Below are positions 27,076 to 35,313 of a stretch of 36,778 nt of DNA, one piece after another. The stretch lies in the UHGV virus genome UHGV-0212008; one strand, given 5' to 3'. Positions within the stretch are counted from its first letter, which is position 1. Each line of letters opens with the position of its first letter. The notes beneath the pieces were generated by a model, which saw only the letters and a program-made list of their open reading frames with translations, made no database searches and was not told the DNA's origin. Both the position numbers and the translations under genes were made by a program. This stretch comes from a virus.

Positions 27076-27420
27076 ATGAGAAAAAGCATTAAGACATTGT
27101 TAGCCATAGGGATGATTCTTTTGCCCTTGACTGCTTGCAACACTACAATGAAGGCAAATGAAACGAAGGAGGGGGCATCGTATCCAGTCATATCCGCACT
27201 CAGCAAAAACCACACATACACACTCACAAACTATGACTTTCTAAAGATTTCAACGGATACATATCAGAACAACAATGGTAGAATATACAAGTTCTCGATA
27301 GATGCAAATAGTTCCTATGTTGTGGAGAACATAGGCAAGAAAGACTATGGGGAATATTACATATGGTACTATTCCCCTTGCACCCCTTGGAGCATAGGAA
27401 GCTCCTACAGCATCAAGTAA
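27076..27420 (+). CDS. putative lipoprotein
   Basis: MRKSIKTLLAIGMILLPLTA-C: basic n-region, hydrophobic h-region, lipobox LTAC. Confidence 0.75.
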   Translation: MRKSIKTLLAIGMILLPLTACNTTMKANETKEGASYPVISALSKNHTYTLTNYDFLKISTDTYQNNNGRIYKFSIDANSSYVVENIGKKDYGEYYIWYYSPCTPWSIGSSYSIK

Positions 27421-27460
27421 ACAAATTCCAATATTTATTCATATTTCTAACATTCCATGA

Positions 27461-27489
27461 AAAAGGACTAGCGTGATGCTAGTCCTTTT
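27461..27489. terminator. bidirectional terminator between convergent genes
   Basis: AAAAGGACTAGC-gtgat-GCTAGTCCTTTT. Confidence 0.8.
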
Positions 27490-27805
27490 CTATTATCGCC
27501 ATAGCCTCATCGACAGTGTACGCTGTTCCAACTCGATAGCCGAGCGATCTGAGAAGTTCCTGCCTCTGAAGCTGAATCTTTGTGGGTTTCCTAGGATGTA
27601 TCTTCGTTTCTACAAAACACGCTTTTCCATCGTTCCTCAGCACCATAAGGTCTGGAAATCCCTCTGGGATTCCGCTGTCCATATATCTGTCGTTTCCGTT
27701 GGGGTCTATAAGCACACCTTTGAACACATTCATACGGATTACGACATATCCACGCTTGGAGCATTCCAAACGGACTTGATTCATCAGCTTATGCTCTGGT
27801 GTCAT
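27479..27805 (-). CDS. VRR-NUC domain nuclease (putative junction resolvase)
   Basis: GIPEGFPDLMV...FVETK...PTKIQ PD-(D/E)xK VRR-NUC motif. Confidence 0.9.
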   Translation of the reverse strand: MTPEHKLMNQVRLECSKRGYVVIRMNVFKGVLIDPNGNDRYMDSGIPEGFPDLMVLRNDGKACFVETKIHPRKPTKIQLQRQELLRSLGYRVGTAYTVDEAMAIIEKD

Positions 27806-28110
27806 TTGATTTCGTTCTTTTCCTTTCTACGCTTGGCAAGATTCACGCATCTTGCAAGATTGTTTATCTCGTGTTGCAAGTTATCGGAGAGCTTGACCTT
27901 CGTTCCCTCCACCTTCACAGGAAAGAGCTTGTTTGATTTGGTCTCGATATAGTACTTCCCATCTCTGTACATGAACAGCTTTCCATCGAGATGGAGATAC
28001 CCCCTATCCTTGATTTCCTCCGCTGTCTCCTTTGATATAATCCATCTGTGATACGATGCGTTCTTGTTTAGGAAATAGCTGTCCTTCATTGCATCCCAAT
28101 CATTTTTCAT
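27802..28110 (-). CDS. hypothetical protein
   Basis: GAGGT RBS on minus strand; ATGA overlap with VRR-NUC gene. Confidence 0.7.
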   Translation of the reverse strand: MKNDWDAMKDSYFLNKNASYHRWIISKETAEEIKDRGYLHLDGKLFMYRDGKYYIETKSNKLFPVKVEGTKVKLSDNLQHEINNLARCVNLAKRRKEKNEIK

Positions 28111-28146
28111 AATTCAAAAACCTCTATATGATTATAAGGCATTTTG

Positions 28147-28175
28147 TTGACATTAAGTTTCCAATCAATTATATT
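28147..28175 (+). promoter_or_regulatory. near-consensus sigma-A promoter driving an ORF-free unit
   Basis: TTGACA-17-TATATT. Confidence 0.75.
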
Positions 28176-28181
28176 ATTTGC

Positions 28182-28372
28182 GAACAAGTTGGCATACTGC
28201 TTAGCAAGTGGATGGGAAGCGTTACTGTGCTGTACGACCACCCAACGACCGAAAGGTTCGATTGGGTCGACCACTACTGAAATGAAAAGATAAAACTGGG
28301 GAGCAGCCTTTGAGCCAGCTTGTCAATGTGATTCACATAAATAGCACCTAGAATCGATTAGGTGCTATTTTT
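28182..28372 (+). ncRNA. putative ~190-nt rod-shaped structured RNA
   Basis: Nested stems ACAAGTTGGC/GCCAGCTTGT, CTGCTT/GAGCAG, AGTGG/CCACT, CGACC/GGTCG capped by ACC-GAAA-GGT; terminator AAATAGCACCTA/TAGGTGCTATTT. Confidence 0.65.
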
Positions 28373-28376
28373 ATTT

Positions 28377-28419
28377 TTTTTTAAAAAATTATTGTATTTT
28401 TTTATAAAATGTTTATAAT
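28377..28419 (+). promoter_or_regulatory. sigma-A-like promoter with twin boxes (replication operon)
   Basis: TTGTAT(28392)-16-TATAAT(28414); boxes at 28377 (variant) and 28400. Confidence 0.7.
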
Positions 28420-28444
28420 AGCAAGCGTTAGGAGGATTAAAAGA

Positions 28445-28687
28445 ATGGGTAGAAAAGCCAAAGAAAGAAAAATCACAGACAAGTTGCTTATCAAGATTTC
28501 CAAAGATATGAAATCGAAAGATTTGACCTTGATTCAGTACGCTGTCAATGTTCTCGACTGCACGCCTCAGACTCTTACCAACTGGTTTAGAGAAGACCGC
28601 ATCCCTTCGTTCAAGAGAAAGGCAATCGAGGCTAGATTCAAGAGAAAATCAATCAACAAGCTTATCGATGAAATCAAGGGGGAATAG
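28445..28687 (+). CDS. Cro/XRE-like helix-turn-helix protein
   Basis: LTLIQYAVNVLDCTPQTLTNWFREDRIPS; AGGAGG RBS; first gene of the replication operon. Confidence 0.65.
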   Translation: MGRKAKERKITDKLLIKISKDMKSKDLTLIQYAVNVLDCTPQTLTNWFREDRIPSFKRKAIEARFKRKSINKLIDEIKGE

Positions 28688-28689
28688 CG

Positions 28690-29577
28690 ATGAAGTACAC
28701 AAACAAGGATTTCCTCCCCAAGCAGATCATAAATGCTTGCATGGAGGATGATGCCCACAATCCTGTGGACAATGTGTACCATGTCACCGAGCTGATAAAG
28801 CCTTGCAAGGCTTCCGTGCTTGAGAGAAGACACTGGGATGAAATCGAAATCGATGCATCCGACTGCGTGTGGCTTGTGTTTGGAAAAGCCGTACACGAGG
28901 TTCTCCAGTATGGAAACATGTCTCATTTCATGCAGGCTGAGAAGTACATCGAGCGTGAGATAGGCGACGAGTACGGAACCAAAATCGTGGGAAGAATGGA
29001 TTTGTACGACCCCCGATGGAAGACAGTCGTGGATTGGAAGACAGCGACTGTCACCAAGGTTCTCAAAGGCGACTATTCCGAGTATAGAAGACAAGGACTC
29101 GAGTATGCGTGGATACTCAAAGCCTATGGGAAGACAGTATCCAGACTCAAGTTCACTATGTTCCTAAAGGACTGGAGCAAGGGACAGAAACGACTTGCGG
29201 CAATCCAAGGAAGACCATATCCCGAGAGTGCGATACATGTATGGGAATACACGATAACGGACTCGGATATGGAGGAGATAGACCAGTGGATTAGGGAAAG
29301 AGTCACCACCATAAAACGATATGAAACTATGGCGGACAACGATATTCCTATATGCTCCGAGGAAGAGAGATGGGCATCGCCTACCTTATATGCTGTGATG
29401 AAGCAAGGAAGGAAATCGGTGGTCAAGATATGCTCCACAGCCGAGGAGGCACAAGCCTTGATAGACACTGATTCCGAACATCTCTATCTCGAGGTGAGAC
29501 CAGGCGTGTCGAGAAGATGCGAGGACTATTGTCCAGTTGCACAGTTCTGCAACTGGAAGGAAAGGACACAAAATTAA
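28690..29577 (+). CDS. PD-(D/E)xK exonuclease, Cas4/RecB-like
   Basis: HVTELIKPC, GKAVHE, GRMD, DWKT, QGLEYA and C-terminal CEDYCPVAQFC. Confidence 0.85.
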   Translation: MKYTNKDFLPKQIINACMEDDAHNPVDNVYHVTELIKPCKASVLERRHWDEIEIDASDCVWLVFGKAVHEVLQYGNMSHFMQAEKYIEREIGDEYGTKIVGRMDLYDPRWKTVVDWKTATVTKVLKGDYSEYRRQGLEYAWILKAYGKTVSRLKFTMFLKDWSKGQKRLAAIQGRPYPESAIHVWEYTITDSDMEEIDQWIRERVTTIKRYETMADNDIPICSEEERWASPTLYAVMKQGRKSVVKICSTAEEAQALIDTDSEHLYLEVRPGVSRRCEDYCPVAQFCNWKERTQN

Positions 29578-29580
29578 ACT

Positions 29581-30258
29581 ATGGGAATGGTAGTTGCAGT
29601 AATGGGAGCTAGCGGTTCTGGCAAGACAAGCTCCCTTAGGAAGTACAAGCCAGGAGAGATATTCATATACGAGGTGGCGGGAAAATCATTGCCTTTCAAA
29701 TCGGCAGGAATGAAGAAGTACATCATGGAGACTCACGACTATGGGAAAATCGAAAGCACTATGAAGTCCATGAGTTCCAAGTGCAAGACATTCATAATCG
29801 ATGACAGCCAGTATCTTATGGCATTCGAAAGCTTCGACAAGGCAAAGCAGGTAGGATACGAGAAGTTCACAACGATGGCATTCAACTTCCAAAAGTTGCT
29901 AAGATTCGTAAAGGATGAGCTGTCCGAGGATGTGATTGTGTTCTTCCTGCATCATGTCTCCAAGGATGATGATGGATTCATGCATCTTAAGACATTGGGT
30001 AAAATGTTGGACAATCAGTTGACCATAGATGGATTGTTCACAATCATCCTATACGCTTGTAAGAATCAAAAGCAGTATGTGTTCGAGACATCAGATCCCG
30101 ATGGATTGACAACAGCGAAGACACCTATAGGAATGTTCGATGAGCAATACATAGACAATGATTTGAAACTTGTTGAAAACACGATTAGAGACTATTACGA
30201 TATTAAGCTGACAACCAACGATGAAAAGAAAGAGGACATAGCAAATGAAAAGAATTGA
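29581..30258 (+). CDS. AAA_24 / Sak4-like ATPase (recombination)
   Basis: GASGSGKTSS, IIDDSQYLM, GYEKFT, LKTLGKMLD, AKTPIGMF. Confidence 0.88.
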   Translation: MGMVVAVMGASGSGKTSSLRKYKPGEIFIYEVAGKSLPFKSAGMKKYIMETHDYGKIESTMKSMSSKCKTFIIDDSQYLMAFESFDKAKQVGYEKFTTMAFNFQKLLRFVKDELSEDVIVFFLHHVSKDDDGFMHLKTLGKMLDNQLTIDGLFTIILYACKNQKQYVFETSDPDGLTTAKTPIGMFDEQYIDNDLKLVENTIRDYYDIKLTTNDEKKEDIANEKN

Positions 30259-30853
30259 TAACTGGGACACATTCGGAAACAGCGAGGAAGGTGAGAGAAT
30301 AGCCCCCCTTCCTTGTGGTGTATATGCGTTGAAGATAGTCGATGCGATAGACCATCCAGAAGAGTCTGGAAAGGAATATCTCGAACTGCATTTCGACATC
30401 GTGAGAAGCGAGAATGCCGAATACTTGAAATATTTCTCAAAGACCAGCACCAAGGAAAAATGGAACTTCCAAGGAACTACAAGACTGTACTACTCGGTCA
30501 AGGCAATGGGCTTGTTCAAGTCGAGAATCGTGGCTATCGAGAAATCCAACAAGGGATACTCCTTCGCAAAATCCAACTTTGATGAGAAGACACTAATCGG
30601 GAAGTTCTTCATAGGTGTGTTCCAGGAACACGAATATGTGAACAAGGAAGGACTTGTCGCAAAGGCTGTGAGATTGGAATCTATGAGAAGCACTGAGGCT
30701 TGGCAAGATGAAAAATGCAAAGCCGATATGGAAAAGCAAGCTCACAAGCTTATCACTCTCGAAGACCAGAAGAAAGAGAGACCAGCCGAGCCTGCACCCG
30801 AGCAGAAGAAGACAGCATCCGCAATCGAGGATGATGACGACTTGCCTTTCTAG
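30245..30853 (+). CDS. single-stranded DNA-binding protein-like (DUF669-type)
   Basis: LPCGVYALKI N-terminus and acidic DDDDLPF C-terminal tail; follows Sak4-like ATPase. Confidence 0.75.
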   Translation: MKRIDNWDTFGNSEEGERIAPLPCGVYALKIVDAIDHPEESGKEYLELHFDIVRSENAEYLKYFSKTSTKEKWNFQGTTRLYYSVKAMGLFKSRIVAIEKSNKGYSFAKSNFDEKTLIGKFFIGVFQEHEYVNKEGLVAKAVRLESMRSTEAWQDEKCKADMEKQAHKLITLEDQKKERPAEPAPEQKKTASAIEDDDDLPF

Positions 30854-30926
30854 AAGTAGATACGAAAGAAATTAGGTAATCGGAAGACAGCTGAGAAAGC
30901 TGTCTTTGAAAAGGAGACAATGGCAT

Positions 30927-33320
30927 ATGAGAAAACTTTGGAGCGATGGCATACCCGAGATTCTTAAGCAGTATGGAATGTTCTGCCTCAACAAGAACAA
31001 AGTTCCGTACAGGGTCAATGGTGAGCTTGCAAGACCAGATGTGATAGGTGATTTCACATCCTACACGACCGCCAAGCAGTTCGTGTCAAACGGATACGAT
31101 GGAATCTCATTGGGCTTGTTCACAGCCAAGAGCGGACTCAACTTGTGTGCTATCGACATCGACCACTGCATAGACAGCAACGGAAACATCAATCCGAACG
31201 CTATCGAGATAGTGGACAAGATAGCCTCATATGCGGAATACAGCCCAAGCAGGACTGGCATCCACATTGTCTTCTATTCAAAGACAACTTGGGACAAGGA
31301 TTCGTACTACACCAACAAGAGACAAATAGTCGATTCCGATGGGGTTGTAATCGAATGCGACAATACCCCAATCGGATTGGAGATATACAACTCTGGAATG
31401 ACTCACAAGGTCATAAGAATGAGCGAATCCCCCATCCCCAACACAAACTACGACATGAGGGAAGTCGACATCCAATGGTTGCTCGACAAGTACATGAAGA
31501 GACAAGCTCCGACACCCGTGTATGCCGATGAGAGGATACCTCAGTTCAAGGGTGGAATAGATGAATTCATAAGGCGTGATAAACGATTAGCCGAGCTGTA
31601 CAACAACACCGAACACGATGAGATGATTGGTGATTCACAATACGATATGTCTTTATGTTGCAAGCTTGCATTCTGGACTGGCAAGAACGAGAGCGAGATA
31701 GACAGGCTTTTCAGACTATCCCCCTGGTTTCAAAGCAAGAACGAGAGGCATGTAAAGAAGTGGATTGACAGGAAGGACTACCGAGTCACAACGATACGAA
31801 AAGCCTGCTCCCTTGTGCATTACAACAGCAAGAACACCGATGAAATCCAGGATGATTTTTCGGCATACTACACATATGATGACGTAGGAAACGCACACAG
31901 GTTCATCGACTCGTTCGGTTGCGATCTTCGTTGGAATGTCGAAAATAAAACCTGGATGATTTGGAACGGAGATTACTGGCAGTCCGATATGGTCGGCAGG
32001 GTAAGGACTCTCGTGGACAAGATGGTCGCAAAGATGCAGATAGAGGCTGACGACTTCGCCGACAAGGAAATAAACGGAAGGACTGAGGAGAATCCCCCCT
32101 CAGAAGCATCCGTGAGGAAATACAAGTCGATGATGAAGAACATCTCGTATCTTCGTTCCAAGAAAGGCAAGGACAACTGTCTTTCCGAATCCCAGACAGT
32201 AGGCGAGACTCCAGTGGTCAATTCCATGTTCGACCAGAATCCCGACCTGCTATGTACGAAGAAAGGCACATATGATTTGAGGACAGGCGAGGTCAAGGAA
32301 AACGACAGACTTGACTATTTCACAAAGTGCGTTCCATATGCACCAGACTTCGAGAACAAGCCGACTCAATTCATCAAGTTCTTGAAGAATGTCCTCAAGA
32401 ACCACCCCGAGACATATGACTATGTTCATAGAATGCTCGGATATTCGATTACCGATGAGACAAGGGAACAAAAGATTTTCTTTCTCTACGGAGATGGAAA
32501 CGATGGAAAATCCGTTCTCCTCGATACTGTCAGCAAGGTATTGGGCGATTATGCAACCTCGGCGAAGAAAGACTTGGTTATGGATGGATACAGTTCAAAC
32601 AACAACGACAATTCACTTGCTAGAATCAAGGCTAAGAGACTAGTATGGATTGATGAAGTCGGAGCTAGAGACAAACTGAACGAAGGTCTTGTGAAGAACA
32701 TCACCAGCGGAACGGGCGAAATCACTGCCCGATACCTCTATGCGAACGAGTTCAGCTACAAGTTCACGAGCAAGGTTATTATCACCACAAATTACGAGCC
32801 TAGAATAACAGGAGTCGACAAGGGCATATGGCGAAGAATCATCGTGCTTCCGTTCGATTTAGGTCTCAAAGAATCCGAGGTGGACAGGCATCTTGGCGAG
32901 AAACTAGCTGATGAATATCCACAGATCCTTGCGTGGCTTATCGATGGGGCAAAGATGTATTTCAAGAAAGGTCTTGCGGATATTCCTCAGTGTTCACTCA
33001 ATTTGACTAACGAATACAAGGAAGAATCCGATGAGATTCAGATATGGCTTGATGAATGCACGGATACAGCTCCCGAGGATTTCCCCAACACAGCAAGCGA
33101 ACTGTACAACAGCTTCATCACCTGGGCTTTGAAGGAGAACCAGCCCAAGCTATCCCAGACTATCTGGGGAAAGTCGATGCGTAAGAAGTTCAAGAAGGCA
33201 AGAATCAACCATATGACTGTCTATTTCGGACTTAGGCTTGCAAACAAGTCTATCGACAGGAACAAGGCACAGATGGCTAGAGCAATGGCGGAGGACACAA
33301 ACGATGAGAACGAAATCTAA
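30927..33320 (+). CDS. NrS-1-like primase-polymerase fused to D5/P4-type SF3 helicase
   Basis: AEP motifs IDIDHC and EYSPSRTGIH; helical bundle DMSLCCKLAFWTG...IDRLFR; D5_N DVGNAHRF...WNGDYW; Walker A GDGNDGKS; ITARYLY, GIWRR. Confidence 0.9.
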   Translation: MRKLWSDGIPEILKQYGMFCLNKNKVPYRVNGELARPDVIGDFTSYTTAKQFVSNGYDGISLGLFTAKSGLNLCAIDIDHCIDSNGNINPNAIEIVDKIASYAEYSPSRTGIHIVFYSKTTWDKDSYYTNKRQIVDSDGVVIECDNTPIGLEIYNSGMTHKVIRMSESPIPNTNYDMREVDIQWLLDKYMKRQAPTPVYADERIPQFKGGIDEFIRRDKRLAELYNNTEHDEMIGDSQYDMSLCCKLAFWTGKNESEIDRLFRLSPWFQSKNERHVKKWIDRKDYRVTTIRKACSLVHYNSKNTDEIQDDFSAYYTYDDVGNAHRFIDSFGCDLRWNVENKTWMIWNGDYWQSDMVGRVRTLVDKMVAKMQIEADDFADKEINGRTEENPPSEASVRKYKSMMKNISYLRSKKGKDNCLSESQTVGETPVVNSMFDQNPDLLCTKKGTYDLRTGEVKENDRLDYFTKCVPYAPDFENKPTQFIKFLKNVLKNHPETYDYVHRMLGYSITDETREQKIFFLYGDGNDGKSVLLDTVSKVLGDYATSAKKDLVMDGYSSNNNDNSLARIKAKRLVWIDEVGARDKLNEGLVKNITSGTGEITARYLYANEFSYKFTSKVIITTNYEPRITGVDKGIWRRIIVLPFDLGLKESEVDRHLGEKLADEYPQILAWLIDGAKMYFKKGLADIPQCSLNLTNEYKEESDEIQIWLDECTDTAPEDFPNTASELYNSFITWALKENQPKLSQTIWGKSMRKKFKKARINHMTVYFGLRLANKSIDRNKAQMARAMAEDTNDENEI

Positions 33321-34101
33321 AAAACCAGCACCAAGCGAGATAATAAACAAGGCGGTGGCGACAGCGAGCGACTATCCACACAAGGAATTGTACGATGTGA
33401 AAGCTGTCGATTATATGATGCCTCGATACAGGACTATGGGCGAGAGGTTCTTGGCGAGAAATGACTACACCTATCCGAACTCGCTGGTGAAATTCACTGA
33501 CTATCCCTACCCTTTCAGGAACAACCTCATGAACTATCTCAACGGGATGATTTCTTTCAGGCTGCTCGCACAGATCACGATGTATCCGAATCCTACCAAT
33601 CTTACCTGGTTCAAGCATTTTCTCAACGATTTAGGTATAAAGATTTGGTACAGCTACGAGCTGATAGTCAACAACGGGGTGGATGACTGCTTCGACAGCT
33701 TCACAGAGCTTGCATCCGCATTGGGTGTCGAATACAATCCGCAAACGGACAACAAGGAATTCTATGACTTCAAAAGACAAGTCAACCAATACTGCTATCT
33801 CGACGAGAACGGGGTATCCGTTTGGAGCGGAGGAGCGAGAGACTACCACGCTGTGATAAACGGAAAGGAATCTTCCTATTCCTCGTTTGAGTCGCTTGTC
33901 AAGGAAACACATGTATCCAAATCCCTGCTTCAGAACTATCTCAAGTTCGACAGTCAAGGACTGGCATTCACAAGGGAGATAAACATGTATGTGAACTGCA
34001 CGAACTACCGAATAAGCAAGATAGCGAAGAGCCTCGACAAGAAGAAGGTCATGGAAGACCTCAAAGCCTCAGTCGATGTCGAATCCGAGATAATCGGATG
34101 A
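33304..34101 (+). CDS. hypothetical protein with two NUMOD1-like DNA-binding repeats
   Basis: FDSFTELASALGV and YSSFESLVKETHVSKSLL segments; GGAGG RBS. Confidence 0.55.
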   Translation: MRTKSKKPAPSEIINKAVATASDYPHKELYDVKAVDYMMPRYRTMGERFLARNDYTYPNSLVKFTDYPYPFRNNLMNYLNGMISFRLLAQITMYPNPTNLTWFKHFLNDLGIKIWYSYELIVNNGVDDCFDSFTELASALGVEYNPQTDNKEFYDFKRQVNQYCYLDENGVSVWSGGARDYHAVINGKESSYSSFESLVKETHVSKSLLQNYLKFDSQGLAFTREINMYVNCTNYRISKIAKSLDKKKVMEDLKASVDVESEIIG

Positions 34102-34105
34102 ATGT

Positions 34106-34134
34106 ATGGATTCCGCAAATGGAATCCATTTTTT
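34106..34134 (+). terminator. intrinsic terminator ending the replication operon
   Basis: ATGGATTCC-gcaaat-GGAATCCAT followed by T run. Confidence 0.8.
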
Positions 34135-34204
34135 ATATCCTGCTGACACGAATAAACACATCCCCCCCTCTTGCTTTCCACATGATGTTTCTATAAAATA
34201 CATA

Positions 34205-34303
34205 TGATGCTTTCAGGCATCAGAGTCATAGCATATCCAGGATTTTCTAGATTCCTGGATAGCTTCCTTTCGGCGGAGTTCCTTCCACGGAACTCCGTTT
34301 TTT
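34205..34303 (+). ncRNA. putative ~100-nt three-hairpin small RNA
   Basis: Promoter TTGCTT(34171)-17-TAAAAT(34194); stems TGATGC/GCATCA and ATCCAGGA/TCCTGGAT; terminator CGGAGTTCC/GGAACTCCG plus T run. Confidence 0.55.
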
Positions 34304-34709
34304 GTTTTCGAAATATCCCCCCCTCAAAACAAGCGATTCTAGGCACATAATTCCATTTAGGCATATTTATACCTCTCGGATAATCTCGTGGCTAAAACAA
34401 GGCGAAAATCAACGATTATGGGCTGTTTAGGATAATCACGGACAACAACTTCAGGTATTTCAAAATCCGCACCCCACTTTTTCATACCCCCCCAGATGTC
34501 AACAACTGCCAGAGATGGATATTTTATTGTCGTGATGTACTGTCTTCATCGAATATACGCATACGATGAATTTCATTTTTCCGCCTATGTGCGATTTTGG
34601 GGCTGAAATATCGCCAAAATTAGGTTTTCCGAAAACTGATAGGGACTTTTTGGCGATCTGTAAAACCTTACATATTTTGGAAAATGTAAGAAACAAAAAA
34701 ATAAAATAA

Positions 34710-34752
34710 TTTTGTAAAAAACGCTTGACTTTTTTCCAAATAATGAGACAAT
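34710..34752 (+). promoter_or_regulatory. sigma-A-like promoter with twin boxes
   Basis: TTGACT(34725)-16-GACAAT(34747) with extended TG; TTTTGTAAAA at 34710, degenerate box at 34732. Confidence 0.55.
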
Positions 34753-34817
34753 TAGGACGCTTGAAAGGACAAGCTTAAAGGATGTAAAAAGCACCCAGAA
34801 AAGAAAGAGGCATATTT

Positions 34818-35060
34818 ATGGAAAAAACCACATTAAAGAAGATTATTAAAGCAGTTAGAGATTTAGAGGTAAAAGAGAGCAAAAATGATTCGCAATTCGA
34901 GTTTTACCAGAAGAAAAAAAGAAGAATAGAATACAAAGAGAGGAGAATGTTAACAGAATTGAGTAATTATTGGGATGAAATCAGCGATTACAATGAAGAG
35001 CGTAAAAAGTTAACGATAAATCAAGACAATTATAAATATATGTACATGAAACAGGATTAA
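34818..35060 (+). CDS. hypothetical protein
   Basis: AGAGG RBS; charged helical protein. Confidence 0.65.
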   Translation: MEKTTLKKIIKAVRDLEVKESKNDSQFEFYQKKKRRIEYKERRMLTELSNYWDEISDYNEERKKLTINQDNYKYMYMKQD

Positions 35061-35065
35061 AAATC

Positions 35066-35260
35066 ATGAATAAAGAAATTATAATCAGCATCACGAAGAA
35101 CGGCATTACCTCAAAGCTAGGAATGTACGAAAACTATTACGAGAACATGATAACTCAGTTAATGAATAACAACTATTGTTATTTGTGGCAAGCTGAGACC
35201 GATACACTTCTGATGCTTAATCGCCACACAGGCGACAAGATAGAATTTAAAATCTTATAA
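35066..35260 (+). CDS. hypothetical protein
   Basis: AGGA RBS; followed by hairpin AAGCCATGA/TCACGGCTT. Confidence 0.6.
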   Translation: MNKEIIISITKNGITSKLGMYENYYENMITQLMNNNYCYLWQAETDTLLMLNRHTGDKIEFKIL

Positions 35261-35313
35261 AATTAAGCCATGATATTTCACGGCTTTTATTAAAAAAATT
35301 AGGGGGCTAAAAT

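Noticed and set aside
28182..28323. tRNA, tmRNA or hammerhead ribozyme
   Set aside because: No cloverleaf or T-loop, no tag frame, and no intact CUGAnGA core
28690..29577. CRISPR-associated cas4
   Set aside because: No cas1, cas2 or array; it sits in a standard nuclease-Sak4-SSB recombination module
34623..34637. CodY box
   Set aside because: Four mismatches to AATTTTCWGAAAATT; too weak in AT-rich DNA
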